DNA of 64,000 bases, taken from positions 23,230 to 87,229 of the forward strand of contig CAZAJO010000002.1 of the NCBI GenBank assembly GCA_964485575.1, written 5' to 3'. Positions 26,485 through 34,497 of the stretch are shown here, one piece after another. Made by a program: the position numbers and the translations under genes. Below the pieces are notes generated by a model that made no database searches, was not told where the DNA came from, and saw only the letters and a program-made list of their open reading frames with translations. Every line of letters begins with the position of its first letter. Within the stretch, counting starts at the first letter, position 1. The stretch comes from an uncultured Gammaproteobacteria bacterium. GTDB taxonomy: Bacteria > Patescibacteriota > Microgenomatia > Levybacterales > GWA1-39-11.

Positions 26485-27242
26485 ACTATAAATTAAAAAT
26501 TGCTTGGCTGTATCCGGAACTTATGTCTACATATGGAGACAGAGGTAACATAATTGTTTTGCAAAAAATTGCCGAAGACAACGGAATTGAAGTTGAAATT
26601 GTTCGAATCAACCAAACTTCTGACTCCGAACTACTAACCACTTGTAATCTAATATTTATGGGTGGTGCTCAAGATCTACAACAAGAAATTGTCAATAAAG
26701 ATCTACTTGAGAATAAAGGGGAAGTTCTAAAACAAATGATTGAAGATGGTACTCCTGGACTTTACATCTGTGGGGCTTTCCAATTCCTGGGAAATTACTA
26801 TAAAGATGCATACGGAACAAAAATCGAGGGACTCCGCATTTTTGATATGCATACTGAAAGTTATAAAAACAAACCACGCCTCATCGGGAATTGCGTAATC
26901 TCCCAAACTAAACCCTCTACCCTAAACGCTAAACCCTTCCTTGTAGGTTTTGAGAACCATGGAGGGAGAACATATCTCTCTGACAAATCGCAGGCTTTTG
27001 CGAAAGTTGAGCTAGGGCATGGCAACAATGGAACTGACAAAACTGAAGGAATACACTATAAAAATTCAATCGGAACATATCTACATGGACCTATTTTACC
27101 TTCAAACCCAGAGCTAGCTGTCTACCTGTTGGAACTTGCTTACGAAAAAAAATACGGGGAAAAAATCACTCTGAAATTTGAAGATGTCCTCTCCAAAAAA
27201 GCAAAAACTGCCATTCTAAAAAGACTTGGCGCTAAACTTTAA
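26481..27242 (+). CDS. gatD: lipid II isoglutaminyl synthase, glutaminase subunit GatD (CobB/CobQ-like GATase)
   Basis: The catalytic Cys sits in the LYICGAFQFLG context. The N-terminal DRGNIIVLQ and a 4-nt overlap with murT fit the family. Confidence 0.75.
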   Translation: MNYKLKIAWLYPELMSTYGDRGNIIVLQKIAEDNGIEVEIVRINQTSDSELLTTCNLIFMGGAQDLQQEIVNKDLLENKGEVLKQMIEDGTPGLYICGAFQFLGNYYKDAYGTKIEGLRIFDMHTESYKNKPRLIGNCVISQTKPSTLNAKPFLVGFENHGGRTYLSDKSQAFAKVELGHGNNGTDKTEGIHYKNSIGTYLHGPILPSNPELAVYLLELAYEKKYGEKITLKFEDVLSKKAKTAILKRLGAKL

Positions 27243-28279
27243 CGGATAACATCCTCCAAAAACATTGTCCCTGCCAAATCAAGATGCAACATAAAATCTT
27301 GCGCAAACTTTGATCTTTTCTGAGGTTTTCTGCCCAAAGCATCCTGAGCACGGGTATTTCCTACAAGCAATAGTTCAAATGATTTCTTAATATCTTTTTG
27401 GTATTCCTGTAGTAGCTGTTCTGCTTCTTTTAATTTATCTCTATGAACAAGCGAAGCGAAATTGTCGGAAAAATCATTATCTGATTGAACAATCGAAACT
27501 ACTATATGATTACTAACCATCATCGATTTTCCCAACTTCAAAAGATTAGAGACTTCTTCAGGTTTTAATAACGATTCTATGTTTCCCAACCCTGATTCTA
27601 CTGTAGGTCCTTCTATAACCTCTCTTAAGAAGTGGACCATCTGCTTTGGAGAGGCCACACATACGGTGAGCTCGCCAACCATAGTCCCTGCTTTTTCAGC
27701 CTCTTCAACGAGTCTGTCGGGATCAAAACTTACCCTATCAAAGTCTTCCTTTGAAATATTGTCATGTTGCACCACCAATGTTGTGGCAGCAAAAGCTCCT
27801 AAGGCAACCGATGCGTCCAACAAGACATCGACAGGTATTTCTCCAGTAGGCATAAGTGGATTTTCAGCACGGAACACAAGATAATGGGGCAGATAGGCCA
27901 TACCCGCAAGTAAATCCCGTGTCTCGCCTACACTTAATGGACGAGTTGTATCCCCATCTTCCCGTGACGCAATCTGGATATCCCTCACGTATTTGAAGGC
28001 GCTCAAATTTTGTTGGTAGTGCTCATTTAACCTTCTCCTCTCAAGTCCACTCATTGGTTTTTCATGTGGCTCCCCATTTGGATACCTACTTGGACTATCT
28101 GAAAATGGACATTTCTGTAGCTCAAAGTCGATACCAGCCGTATGAGGATTTTCCACTCTTCTATTACTATCAAGAGGGATACCTGTTGTATCGGTAAAGT
28201 AGGTCATATGCATATCAAACAAAGAAACCGATGGGGCTAATTTTGGAGTACTTTCAGATGGTGCGAGTGTTTCTGCCAT
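27239..28279 (-). CDS. hypothetical protein, member A of an uncharacterised tandem-paralog pair
   Basis: 346 aa. It shares with its neighbour the motifs CPFSDSPSRYPNGEPH, PMSGLERRRL and VGELTVCVASPKQMVHFLREVIEGPT. No known family was recognised. Confidence 0.5.
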   Translation of the reverse strand: MAETLAPSESTPKLAPSVSLFDMHMTYFTDTTGIPLDSNRRVENPHTAGIDFELQKCPFSDSPSRYPNGEPHEKPMSGLERRRLNEHYQQNLSAFKYVRDIQIASREDGDTTRPLSVGETRDLLAGMAYLPHYLVFRAENPLMPTGEIPVDVLLDASVALGAFAATTLVVQHDNISKEDFDRVSFDPDRLVEEAEKAGTMVGELTVCVASPKQMVHFLREVIEGPTVESGLGNIESLLKPEEVSNLLKLGKSMMVSNHIVVSIVQSDNDFSDNFASLVHRDKLKEAEQLLQEYQKDIKKSFELLLVGNTRAQDALGRKPQKRSKFAQDFMLHLDLAGTMFLEDVIR

Positions 28280-28283
28280 AAAT

Positions 28284-29408
28284 TTAACGTAAATATTTTT
28301 TTCTTCTGTCTGAGGCTTTTGCGCTAGATACTTTTACAAAAGGTCTATTTAACCCACCATTTCTTATATATTTTGCTGTCGTGAGATTGAGGCTTTCTTC
28401 AAATACCTCGAGAGGAACGTTGTCTTGATAGTCATAATCCCTACCTAATGCAAAATTGGCAGCTGCTTGATTTATAAGCATGAGAGTAACTTCTTGGGCA
28501 ACGTGCTGAAGATATGATTCGGCAGCAAGTTGCATTTCTTCCTGTCTTCCACTTGAGTATAATTTATGTAGCATTGCATATACATCCAGATCCACTACTC
28601 TAAGCTTATTGATCGTACCTACCCCTTCATACATCGCTTTTCCGTAAGCGAATAGATTGGATAATTCAGATTGATCTACAAATTTTGGAAGTGAACCTTC
28701 GCCGGTTCTTGTTGGACCTTCAATTACTGCTTTGAAGAAGTGAGCCATTAGCTCTGGGGAGGCTGCACAAACGGTTTTCTCACCAACCAATCGACCTGAT
28801 TTCTCTGATTCTTCGATCATCTGTTGTGGATCAGGCACTTGATCAAGATATTCATCTCCTTCTCCTTTTTGGACTAACATATATGAACCCAGAGCAGCTA
28901 GTGAACCTGCAGCGGCATTAGCCATAACTATCAGATCTGTAGGAAGTTCACCTAATCCTTTTACTGGATTTTCGCTTCGATAGACTAAGTAAGCAGCTGC
29001 ATAGTTGAGAGCCATCAGCACTTCTCTTGTGTCATAAATCGTAAGTGGTTCTTTTCTGTCCTCTCCATCTCTCGTCTGCTCTAGATAATAATCCCGTACA
29101 AAACTGAGGTTGCCAAGGATTTCATAGTAGTTTTCTGCCAACCTATCCCGCTCAAGCCCACTCATGGGAATCGCATGAGGTGCTCCATCCGGATATCTAC
29201 TTGGACTATTTGAATATGGACATGGCTGATATCTAAAATCTATTCCCTCATGCAATTTGTAACCATACGGGTCACGGTCACTGTCTTTTGGGATACTGTC
29301 TACATCTGTTAAAGGAGAATCTCCCATCACAATAAGTGTCAGTTGCTGACTAGAATCCATTTGAGGTGTTTCTTTTATTTTGGGGGCAGGTCCCAGCACT
29401 TCTGACAT
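28284..29408 (-). CDS. hypothetical protein, member B of an uncharacterised tandem-paralog pair
   Basis: 374 aa. The matching motifs are CPYSNSPSRYPDGAPH, PMSGLERDRL and VGEKTVCAASPELMAHFFKAVIEGPT. Confidence 0.5.
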   Translation of the reverse strand: MSEVLGPAPKIKETPQMDSSQQLTLIVMGDSPLTDVDSIPKDSDRDPYGYKLHEGIDFRYQPCPYSNSPSRYPDGAPHAIPMSGLERDRLAENYYEILGNLSFVRDYYLEQTRDGEDRKEPLTIYDTREVLMALNYAAAYLVYRSENPVKGLGELPTDLIVMANAAAGSLAALGSYMLVQKGEGDEYLDQVPDPQQMIEESEKSGRLVGEKTVCAASPELMAHFFKAVIEGPTRTGEGSLPKFVDQSELSNLFAYGKAMYEGVGTINKLRVVDLDVYAMLHKLYSSGRQEEMQLAAESYLQHVAQEVTLMLINQAAANFALGRDYDYQDNVPLEVFEESLNLTTAKYIRNGGLNRPFVKVSSAKASDRRKKYLR

Positions 29409-29484
29409 GAAATTATTATAGGCTGCGTGAGGCTAAAAGTCAACGTTCCACGCTTATTAACAATAAATATTATACAATTACGCT

Positions 29485-30018
29485 ATGACTGCTAACAAAA
29501 TTCATTTTATATTGACTGGCGGAACTATTGACTCTGTTTGGAATGGATCAAGGGATACAGCAACCGTTTCTGAGCATTCTGTTTTACCCGAGTATTTCAA
29601 CAAGTTAGGAAGAAATCTTAAATTCAATACCCAGTTTGAATTTACAGAAGTCTGCATGAAGGATAGTAGGGAAATAAATGAATCAGGTAGAAAAGAGCTT
29701 GTTAAGGTGATTGAAAAAAGTGATTCAGAAAGGATTATTGTTACTCACGGCACATATACAATGCCAGATACTGCTCGTTTTCTTAAATCACACTTGACAC
29801 GTGCTGATCAGACAATTGTAATAACTGGTTCTATGGTCCCCATGGAAGGATTTGACTTTTCTGACGGTCCATTCAATTTAGGTTTTGGCATTGCTGAAGT
29901 TGCAAGGCAAAATCCGGGTATTTATGTTTGCATGAATGCAAATACTTTCAGCCCAGATGAAGTTGCAAAAGATACTACTGAAGGAAAATTCTACTCCATC
30001 TTCGACGAAAAACAATAA
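29485..30018 (+). CDS. L-asparaginase-like protein consisting of the N-terminal catalytic domain only
   Basis: Both catalytic threonine motifs are present: ILTGGTIDS and VTHGTYTMPDTA. The protein ends after about 177 aa with no C-terminal domain. Confidence 0.5.
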   Translation: MTANKIHFILTGGTIDSVWNGSRDTATVSEHSVLPEYFNKLGRNLKFNTQFEFTEVCMKDSREINESGRKELVKVIEKSDSERIIVTHGTYTMPDTARFLKSHLTRADQTIVITGSMVPMEGFDFSDGPFNLGFGIAEVARQNPGIYVCMNANTFSPDEVAKDTTEGKFYSIFDEKQ

Positions 30019-30044
30019 AAATAGTTTATCTACTTGATGTTGCT

Positions 30045-30062
30045 TCAGTAATCTAGATTACT
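30045..30062. promoter_or_regulatory. perfect 18-bp palindrome CAGTAATCTAGATTACTG (probable operator) 14 bp upstream of the TrpR-like gene
   Basis: Read directly; the sequence is self-complementary. A degenerate copy CAGTAATCTGGATTATGG lies at 30495-30512, just downstream of the same gene. Confidence 0.45.
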
Positions 30063-30075
30063 GTATTATTTTTGC

Positions 30076-30486
30076 ATGAGGAGATATGGATTCTTAGCAT
30101 CTTCCGATATATCCGAAGCTCTTAACCGTTTACGTGATGCTTTTTTAGCAGCAAAGGACGGAAATGAAGTTACTGAGATAATCAACGGTTTACTTACTGA
30201 GGATGAAAAAATTAGAATTGGCAGGAGAATATTAATAGCTGAAGCTCTTCGAAGCGAAGGTAAATACAAGGAAATTGTTCAAATCTCAAATGTAGGTTAC
30301 TCTACAATTGCGTGGGTCGCAAAACAGATAGTCAGCTTTCCGAAATGTTTTCAACTTGTTTCGATAAGAGGAAGAAAGGTCGAAAAAGAATATAGATCGA
30401 AAAGATTTCGCGAAGTCAGTCTGTCTCCGCTCCCTAATCGGAGAAAAGAATATTCTGGAATCAAGCGCTCAGACATTAAAAGATGA
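30076..30486 (+). CDS. TrpR/YerC-YecD family DNA-binding protein
   Basis: The family signature reads LLTEDEKIRIGRRILIAEALRSEGKYKEIVQISNVGYSTIAWVAKQ (HTH). Confidence 0.5.
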   Translation: MRRYGFLASSDISEALNRLRDAFLAAKDGNEVTEIINGLLTEDEKIRIGRRILIAEALRSEGKYKEIVQISNVGYSTIAWVAKQIVSFPKCFQLVSIRGRKVEKEYRSKRFREVSLSPLPNRRKEYSGIKRSDIKR

Positions 30487-30598
30487 TTTTGCTACAGTAA
30501 TCTGGATTATGGTAGTAGCAAAGAGTGAGTTAAAGAAGAATAGCTAAAGTTATGAAGATCCACTTGCGGTTTGAAGCTATCAAATCTATAATCAAGTA

Positions 30599-30886
30599 AT
30601 GAAAATAGATGTTAAGAAAGTCGCAAAACTCGCGAATCTCACGCTTTCGCTAGACGAAGAAAAGGAATTCGACAAGCAACTGACAGATATCGTAGGTTAT
30701 ATTGAAAAGCTAAACTCTGTTGATACTTCAAATATTGAGCCCACTGCTCAAGTTACTGGCCTTAAGAATAAAACACGCAATGACGACTTTGCAGACGATA
30801 ATTTGTCAGTAACAGACGCTCTCTCAGGAACTAAAAAAACACACAATGGGTTGTTTGTTGTGGACAAATTAGTTGATACAACTTAA
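30599..30886 (+). CDS. gatC: Asp/Glu-tRNA amidotransferase subunit C
   Basis: 95 aa with GatC-like KLANLTLSLDEEKEF. It lies directly upstream of gatA/gatB. Confidence 0.7.
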   Translation: MKIDVKKVAKLANLTLSLDEEKEFDKQLTDIVGYIEKLNSVDTSNIEPTAQVTGLKNKTRNDDFADDNLSVTDALSGTKKTHNGLFVVDKLVDTT

Positions 30887-30889
30887 CGT

Positions 30890-32314
30890 ATGGATGTAAC
30901 AGAATTAACAATAACAGATATTATTGAGGGTTATAAGTCAAAGAAATTTAGTGTCAGTGAGATAGTAAGCGCCTATCTAACACGCATTGAAAAACTAAAT
31001 CCAACTCTTAACGCATTCATAACAATTGACTCTGAGAATGCAAAGAGAAAAGCACTAGAACTTGATAACTCGTTAACTCGTGAACCCGTTAACGTTTCTC
31101 CTCTATTTGGAGTTCCTTTTGGAATAAAAGATATGTTCCTAACAAAAGGTGTTAGGACAACAGCCGCATCAAATGTCTTAAAAGACTATATCCCGCCTTA
31201 TAGCTCAACGGTTATAGATAGACTTGAGAATGCAGGAGCAATTTCTTTGGGAAAACTCAACCATGACGCCTGGGCTCATGGATCAAGTGGTGAAAATTCT
31301 GATTTTGGAAATACCTTAAATCCCTGGAACACTGAATATGTTCCGGGGGGTTCATCATCGGGCTCTAGCGCATCTGTTGCTTCTTCAATGGTCCCATTTG
31401 CCACTGGTACAGATACAGGTGGGTCCATTCGCCTTCCTGCTTCTTTTACCAATACTGTTGGGCTCAAACCAACTTACGGACTTGTAAGCAGATATGGAGT
31501 CATTTCGATGGCATCCTCACTTGATAGTATCGGTCATTTTTCAAAAACAGTTTTGGATGCTGCACAAATCCTTAACATCACCTCTGGATCAGACGGATAT
31601 GACGCAACCATTAGACTAGCTCAGGGAGAACAAGAGGATTACCTTGCCAATATTGGAAAGGGTATCCAGGGGATGCGGATAGGTGTACCGAAGGAATACG
31701 TTGACAAAGGATTGTCGTCTGAGGTTAAAGAAGTTTTTGAAAACAGCCTTAAAACCCTTCAAAAGCTTGGCGCTGAAATCATAGATGTTTCACTGCCTCA
31801 TACAGACGAAGGGATAGCTGTCTATTACATAGTCCAACCATCAGAAGTTTCATCAAATTTGGCAAGATATGATGGAATAAGATTTGGAAATGACAGATCA
31901 TTTTTCGGAAAGGAAGCAAAGAGAAGAATAATGCTTGGAACATATACGCTTTTGTCAGGCTATTATGACGCTTATTACAAAAAAGCCATGCAGGTTAGAA
32001 CTTTGATAAAACAAGATTTTGATGAAGCTTATAAAAAGGTTGACCTCCTTGTTTCGCCAGTGTCACCAACTCCCCCTTGGAAATTTGGTGAAAAAGTGAA
32101 TGATCCACTAGCTATGTACCTGTCAGATGCTTTGACAGTAACAATTAATCTTGCCGGAGTTCCTGGCCTTGCAGTACCTGCTGGGTTTTCTAGAAACAAA
32201 CTTCCAATAGGGATTCAGTTCGTAGGACCTCATTTTTCCGAATCACTACTCTTTCAAGTTGGGCACGCATTTGAACAAGAAACTAAATTTTATTTGGAAA
32301 AACCAAAAATATGA
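30890..32314 (+). CDS. gatA: Asp/Glu-tRNA amidotransferase subunit A (amidase signature family)
   Basis: The amidase signature GGSSSGSSASVA and the catalytic Ser-cisSer-Lys context are present. 474 aa. Confidence 0.85.
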   Translation: MDVTELTITDIIEGYKSKKFSVSEIVSAYLTRIEKLNPTLNAFITIDSENAKRKALELDNSLTREPVNVSPLFGVPFGIKDMFLTKGVRTTAASNVLKDYIPPYSSTVIDRLENAGAISLGKLNHDAWAHGSSGENSDFGNTLNPWNTEYVPGGSSSGSSASVASSMVPFATGTDTGGSIRLPASFTNTVGLKPTYGLVSRYGVISMASSLDSIGHFSKTVLDAAQILNITSGSDGYDATIRLAQGEQEDYLANIGKGIQGMRIGVPKEYVDKGLSSEVKEVFENSLKTLQKLGAEIIDVSLPHTDEGIAVYYIVQPSEVSSNLARYDGIRFGNDRSFFGKEAKRRIMLGTYTLLSGYYDAYYKKAMQVRTLIKQDFDEAYKKVDLLVSPVSPTPPWKFGEKVNDPLAMYLSDALTVTINLAGVPGLAVPAGFSRNKLPIGIQFVGPHFSESLLFQVGHAFEQETKFYLEKPKI

Positions 32315-33648
32315 ATAACACACAATACGAAACAGTAGTTGGCATGGAGATCCATGTGGAACTATCAACTACAACAAAAATGTTTTGTCGATGTCTCGTA
32401 CCTGAGCTCTCCGACAAACCAAACACCAGAACGTGTCCCGTGTGCCTTGGCCTTCCTGGTGCTTTACCTTTCCCCAACACTAATGCAATTGACTCCTGTA
32501 TCCAAATTGGACTTGCTCTTAACTGCGCAATAAATAAAGATTCATTCTTTGAAAGGAAAAACTACTTCTACCCAGATCTTGCAAAGGGATTTCAGACCTC
32601 ACAATTCCTACATCCATTTGGTGAGAAAGGATATCTAGATATTCAACTAAATGGTACGACTAAAAGAATTGGAATTACCCGTGTACACATGGAGGAGGAC
32701 ACCGGAAAGCTTTCACACTCCACAGTGGATGGAAAGGAAGTTTCGCTTATAGATTTCAACCGCTCTGGGGTTCCACTAGTAGAGATTGTTACTGAACCTG
32801 ATATCAGAAGTGGTGAAGAAGCAAAGATATTTCTAACAGAACTTCAGAAAATCATCCGCTATCTGGGAGTCAGTGATGCTGCGATGGAAAAGGGGCACAT
32901 GAGACTTGAGCCAAATATTTCACTTCGCCCAGTTGGACAAAAAGAACTGGCAAAATACAAGGTTGAGGTTAAAAATATTAACTCATTTATATTTGTTGAC
33001 AAAGCAATTCAATTCGAGGAAAAAAGACACAAGGAACTTTTAGATAAAGGAGAAATCCCAGTTCAAGAAACTCGCGGTTGGAATGAATTTAAGAATAAAA
33101 CCGTGTCACAAAGATCAAAAGAAGAAGCACACGACTATAGATATTTCCCAGAACCTGATATCCCTCCTATAAGTTTGACCGATTCTCAAATCTCAGCTAT
33201 CAAATCTCAACTCCCAGAGCTTCCGAATGAAAAAGCAGGACGTTTTACTAAGGAGTTCGGGCTTACCGAATACAATGCAGAGATTTTAACTCGGGAAGTC
33301 GGTTTGGCTAGTTATTTTGAAGAGGCAGTAAAGGTAGGGACAGAACACAACGTTGATGGCAAGACCGTAGCCAACTGGATCATCAACAAGAAACCAAATA
33401 TTGATGAGGTACTCCCGGCTTCCTTGGTAAAAATAATTGTTGAGCAAAGTACGGTTGTAAGTTTTGATGAAGAAAAACTAAAAGAAACAGTCAAGCAAAT
33501 ATTCGAGAAAAACCCACAACAAGTTGCCGACTACAAGGCTGGCAAGGTTCAACTTTTGGGCTTTTTCATAGGCCAAACGAAGCAAGCATTGCCTGATGCC
33601 AAAGACACGGACCAAATTAGAAATATGCTTACCAAAATGCTAGAATGA
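32311..33648 (+). CDS. gatB: Asp/Glu-tRNA amidotransferase subunit B
   Basis: The GatB N-terminus YETVVGMEIHVEL, a central cradle and a C-terminal YqeY-like tail are present. There is a 4-nt overlap with gatA. Confidence 0.85.
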   Translation: MNNTQYETVVGMEIHVELSTTTKMFCRCLVPELSDKPNTRTCPVCLGLPGALPFPNTNAIDSCIQIGLALNCAINKDSFFERKNYFYPDLAKGFQTSQFLHPFGEKGYLDIQLNGTTKRIGITRVHMEEDTGKLSHSTVDGKEVSLIDFNRSGVPLVEIVTEPDIRSGEEAKIFLTELQKIIRYLGVSDAAMEKGHMRLEPNISLRPVGQKELAKYKVEVKNINSFIFVDKAIQFEEKRHKELLDKGEIPVQETRGWNEFKNKTVSQRSKEEAHDYRYFPEPDIPPISLTDSQISAIKSQLPELPNEKAGRFTKEFGLTEYNAEILTREVGLASYFEEAVKVGTEHNVDGKTVANWIINKKPNIDEVLPASLVKIIVEQSTVVSFDEEKLKETVKQIFEKNPQQVADYKAGKVQLLGFFIGQTKQALPDAKDTDQIRNMLTKMLE

Positions 33649-33651
33649 ATC

Positions 33652-34488
33652 ATGGCAAACGACAACGAAGAATCCCCAAGTCTAACAGGAATGGAAGAAT
33701 TCAACGAAAGGTTTAAGCCACAAAATCCTAATACAAGAGCTGAACAGAAAACCCCAACACAAGAACAAATCAGAGATGGCATTCGAGCAACTAAGATACA
33801 CGGAGATATCGGAGTTGAATTGGACATGCTAGCTCGCGGATCAAAATCCAAAATAGAAGTAAAAGAAGCGTTAGCAAATGCTCAACTAAAATTACTAAAA
33901 AGATTCGATAAAATGAAAAGTCAACTCGATAGACTCAAAGATATGGCATACCTAGATCCACTTACTGGTTTATTAAATAGACGAAGCTATGATGAATACA
34001 TGCAGGCTAATTCAGGCAAAAAAAAAGGTATACTTTTTATTGATGTTGATAACTTCAAACAAGTCAACAATTTCGGGTATGAAGTTGGAGATGAAGCATT
34101 AAAAATTGTTTCAAATGCAATGCTCGACAGCCGGGGTGGAAATCCTATATTATTTAGAGTTGGTGGCGATGAATTTGTTGCAGTATATGAAGAAACAGAT
34201 GATCCAACGACCCTAAAAATAAATGCAGAAGAGACAAGAGAAAATGTAGGTTCGACTGAGTTGGAAACAACTACAGGTGAGGTTGTGCCATTTTCAGTAA
34301 GTGTTAGTGGAGGGATTTTTGCTGGAGGAAGCCTAGAAGATGTTGATGCTTACAAAAACATGGTATCATCTGCTCTTTTAGCAAATAAACAACAAGGTAT
34401 AAAAAATGTATCTTATATATTTGGAGTGGATGATATGAAAACAGGAGGAGATACCCCACCTTCTGTACAAGTGTCTGACGCGGCGTAG
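33652..34488 (+). CDS. GGDEF-domain diguanylate cyclase (stand-alone, coiled-coil N-terminus)
   Basis: The substrate-binding motif YLDPLTGLLNRRSYDE and the active-site motif LFRVGGDEFVAVY are present. No RxxD I-site was seen. Confidence 0.65.
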   Translation: MANDNEESPSLTGMEEFNERFKPQNPNTRAEQKTPTQEQIRDGIRATKIHGDIGVELDMLARGSKSKIEVKEALANAQLKLLKRFDKMKSQLDRLKDMAYLDPLTGLLNRRSYDEYMQANSGKKKGILFIDVDNFKQVNNFGYEVGDEALKIVSNAMLDSRGGNPILFRVGGDEFVAVYEETDDPTTLKINAEETRENVGSTELETTTGEVVPFSVSVSGGIFAGGSLEDVDAYKNMVSSALLANKQQGIKNVSYIFGVDDMKTGGDTPPSVQVSDAA

Positions 34489-34497
34489 AATTTATTT

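Noticed and set aside
27239-29408. Horizontal-transfer origin of the paralog pair based on composition
   Set aside because: The GC content and codon flavour look the same as flanking genes on visual inspection. There is no compositional evidence for foreign origin.
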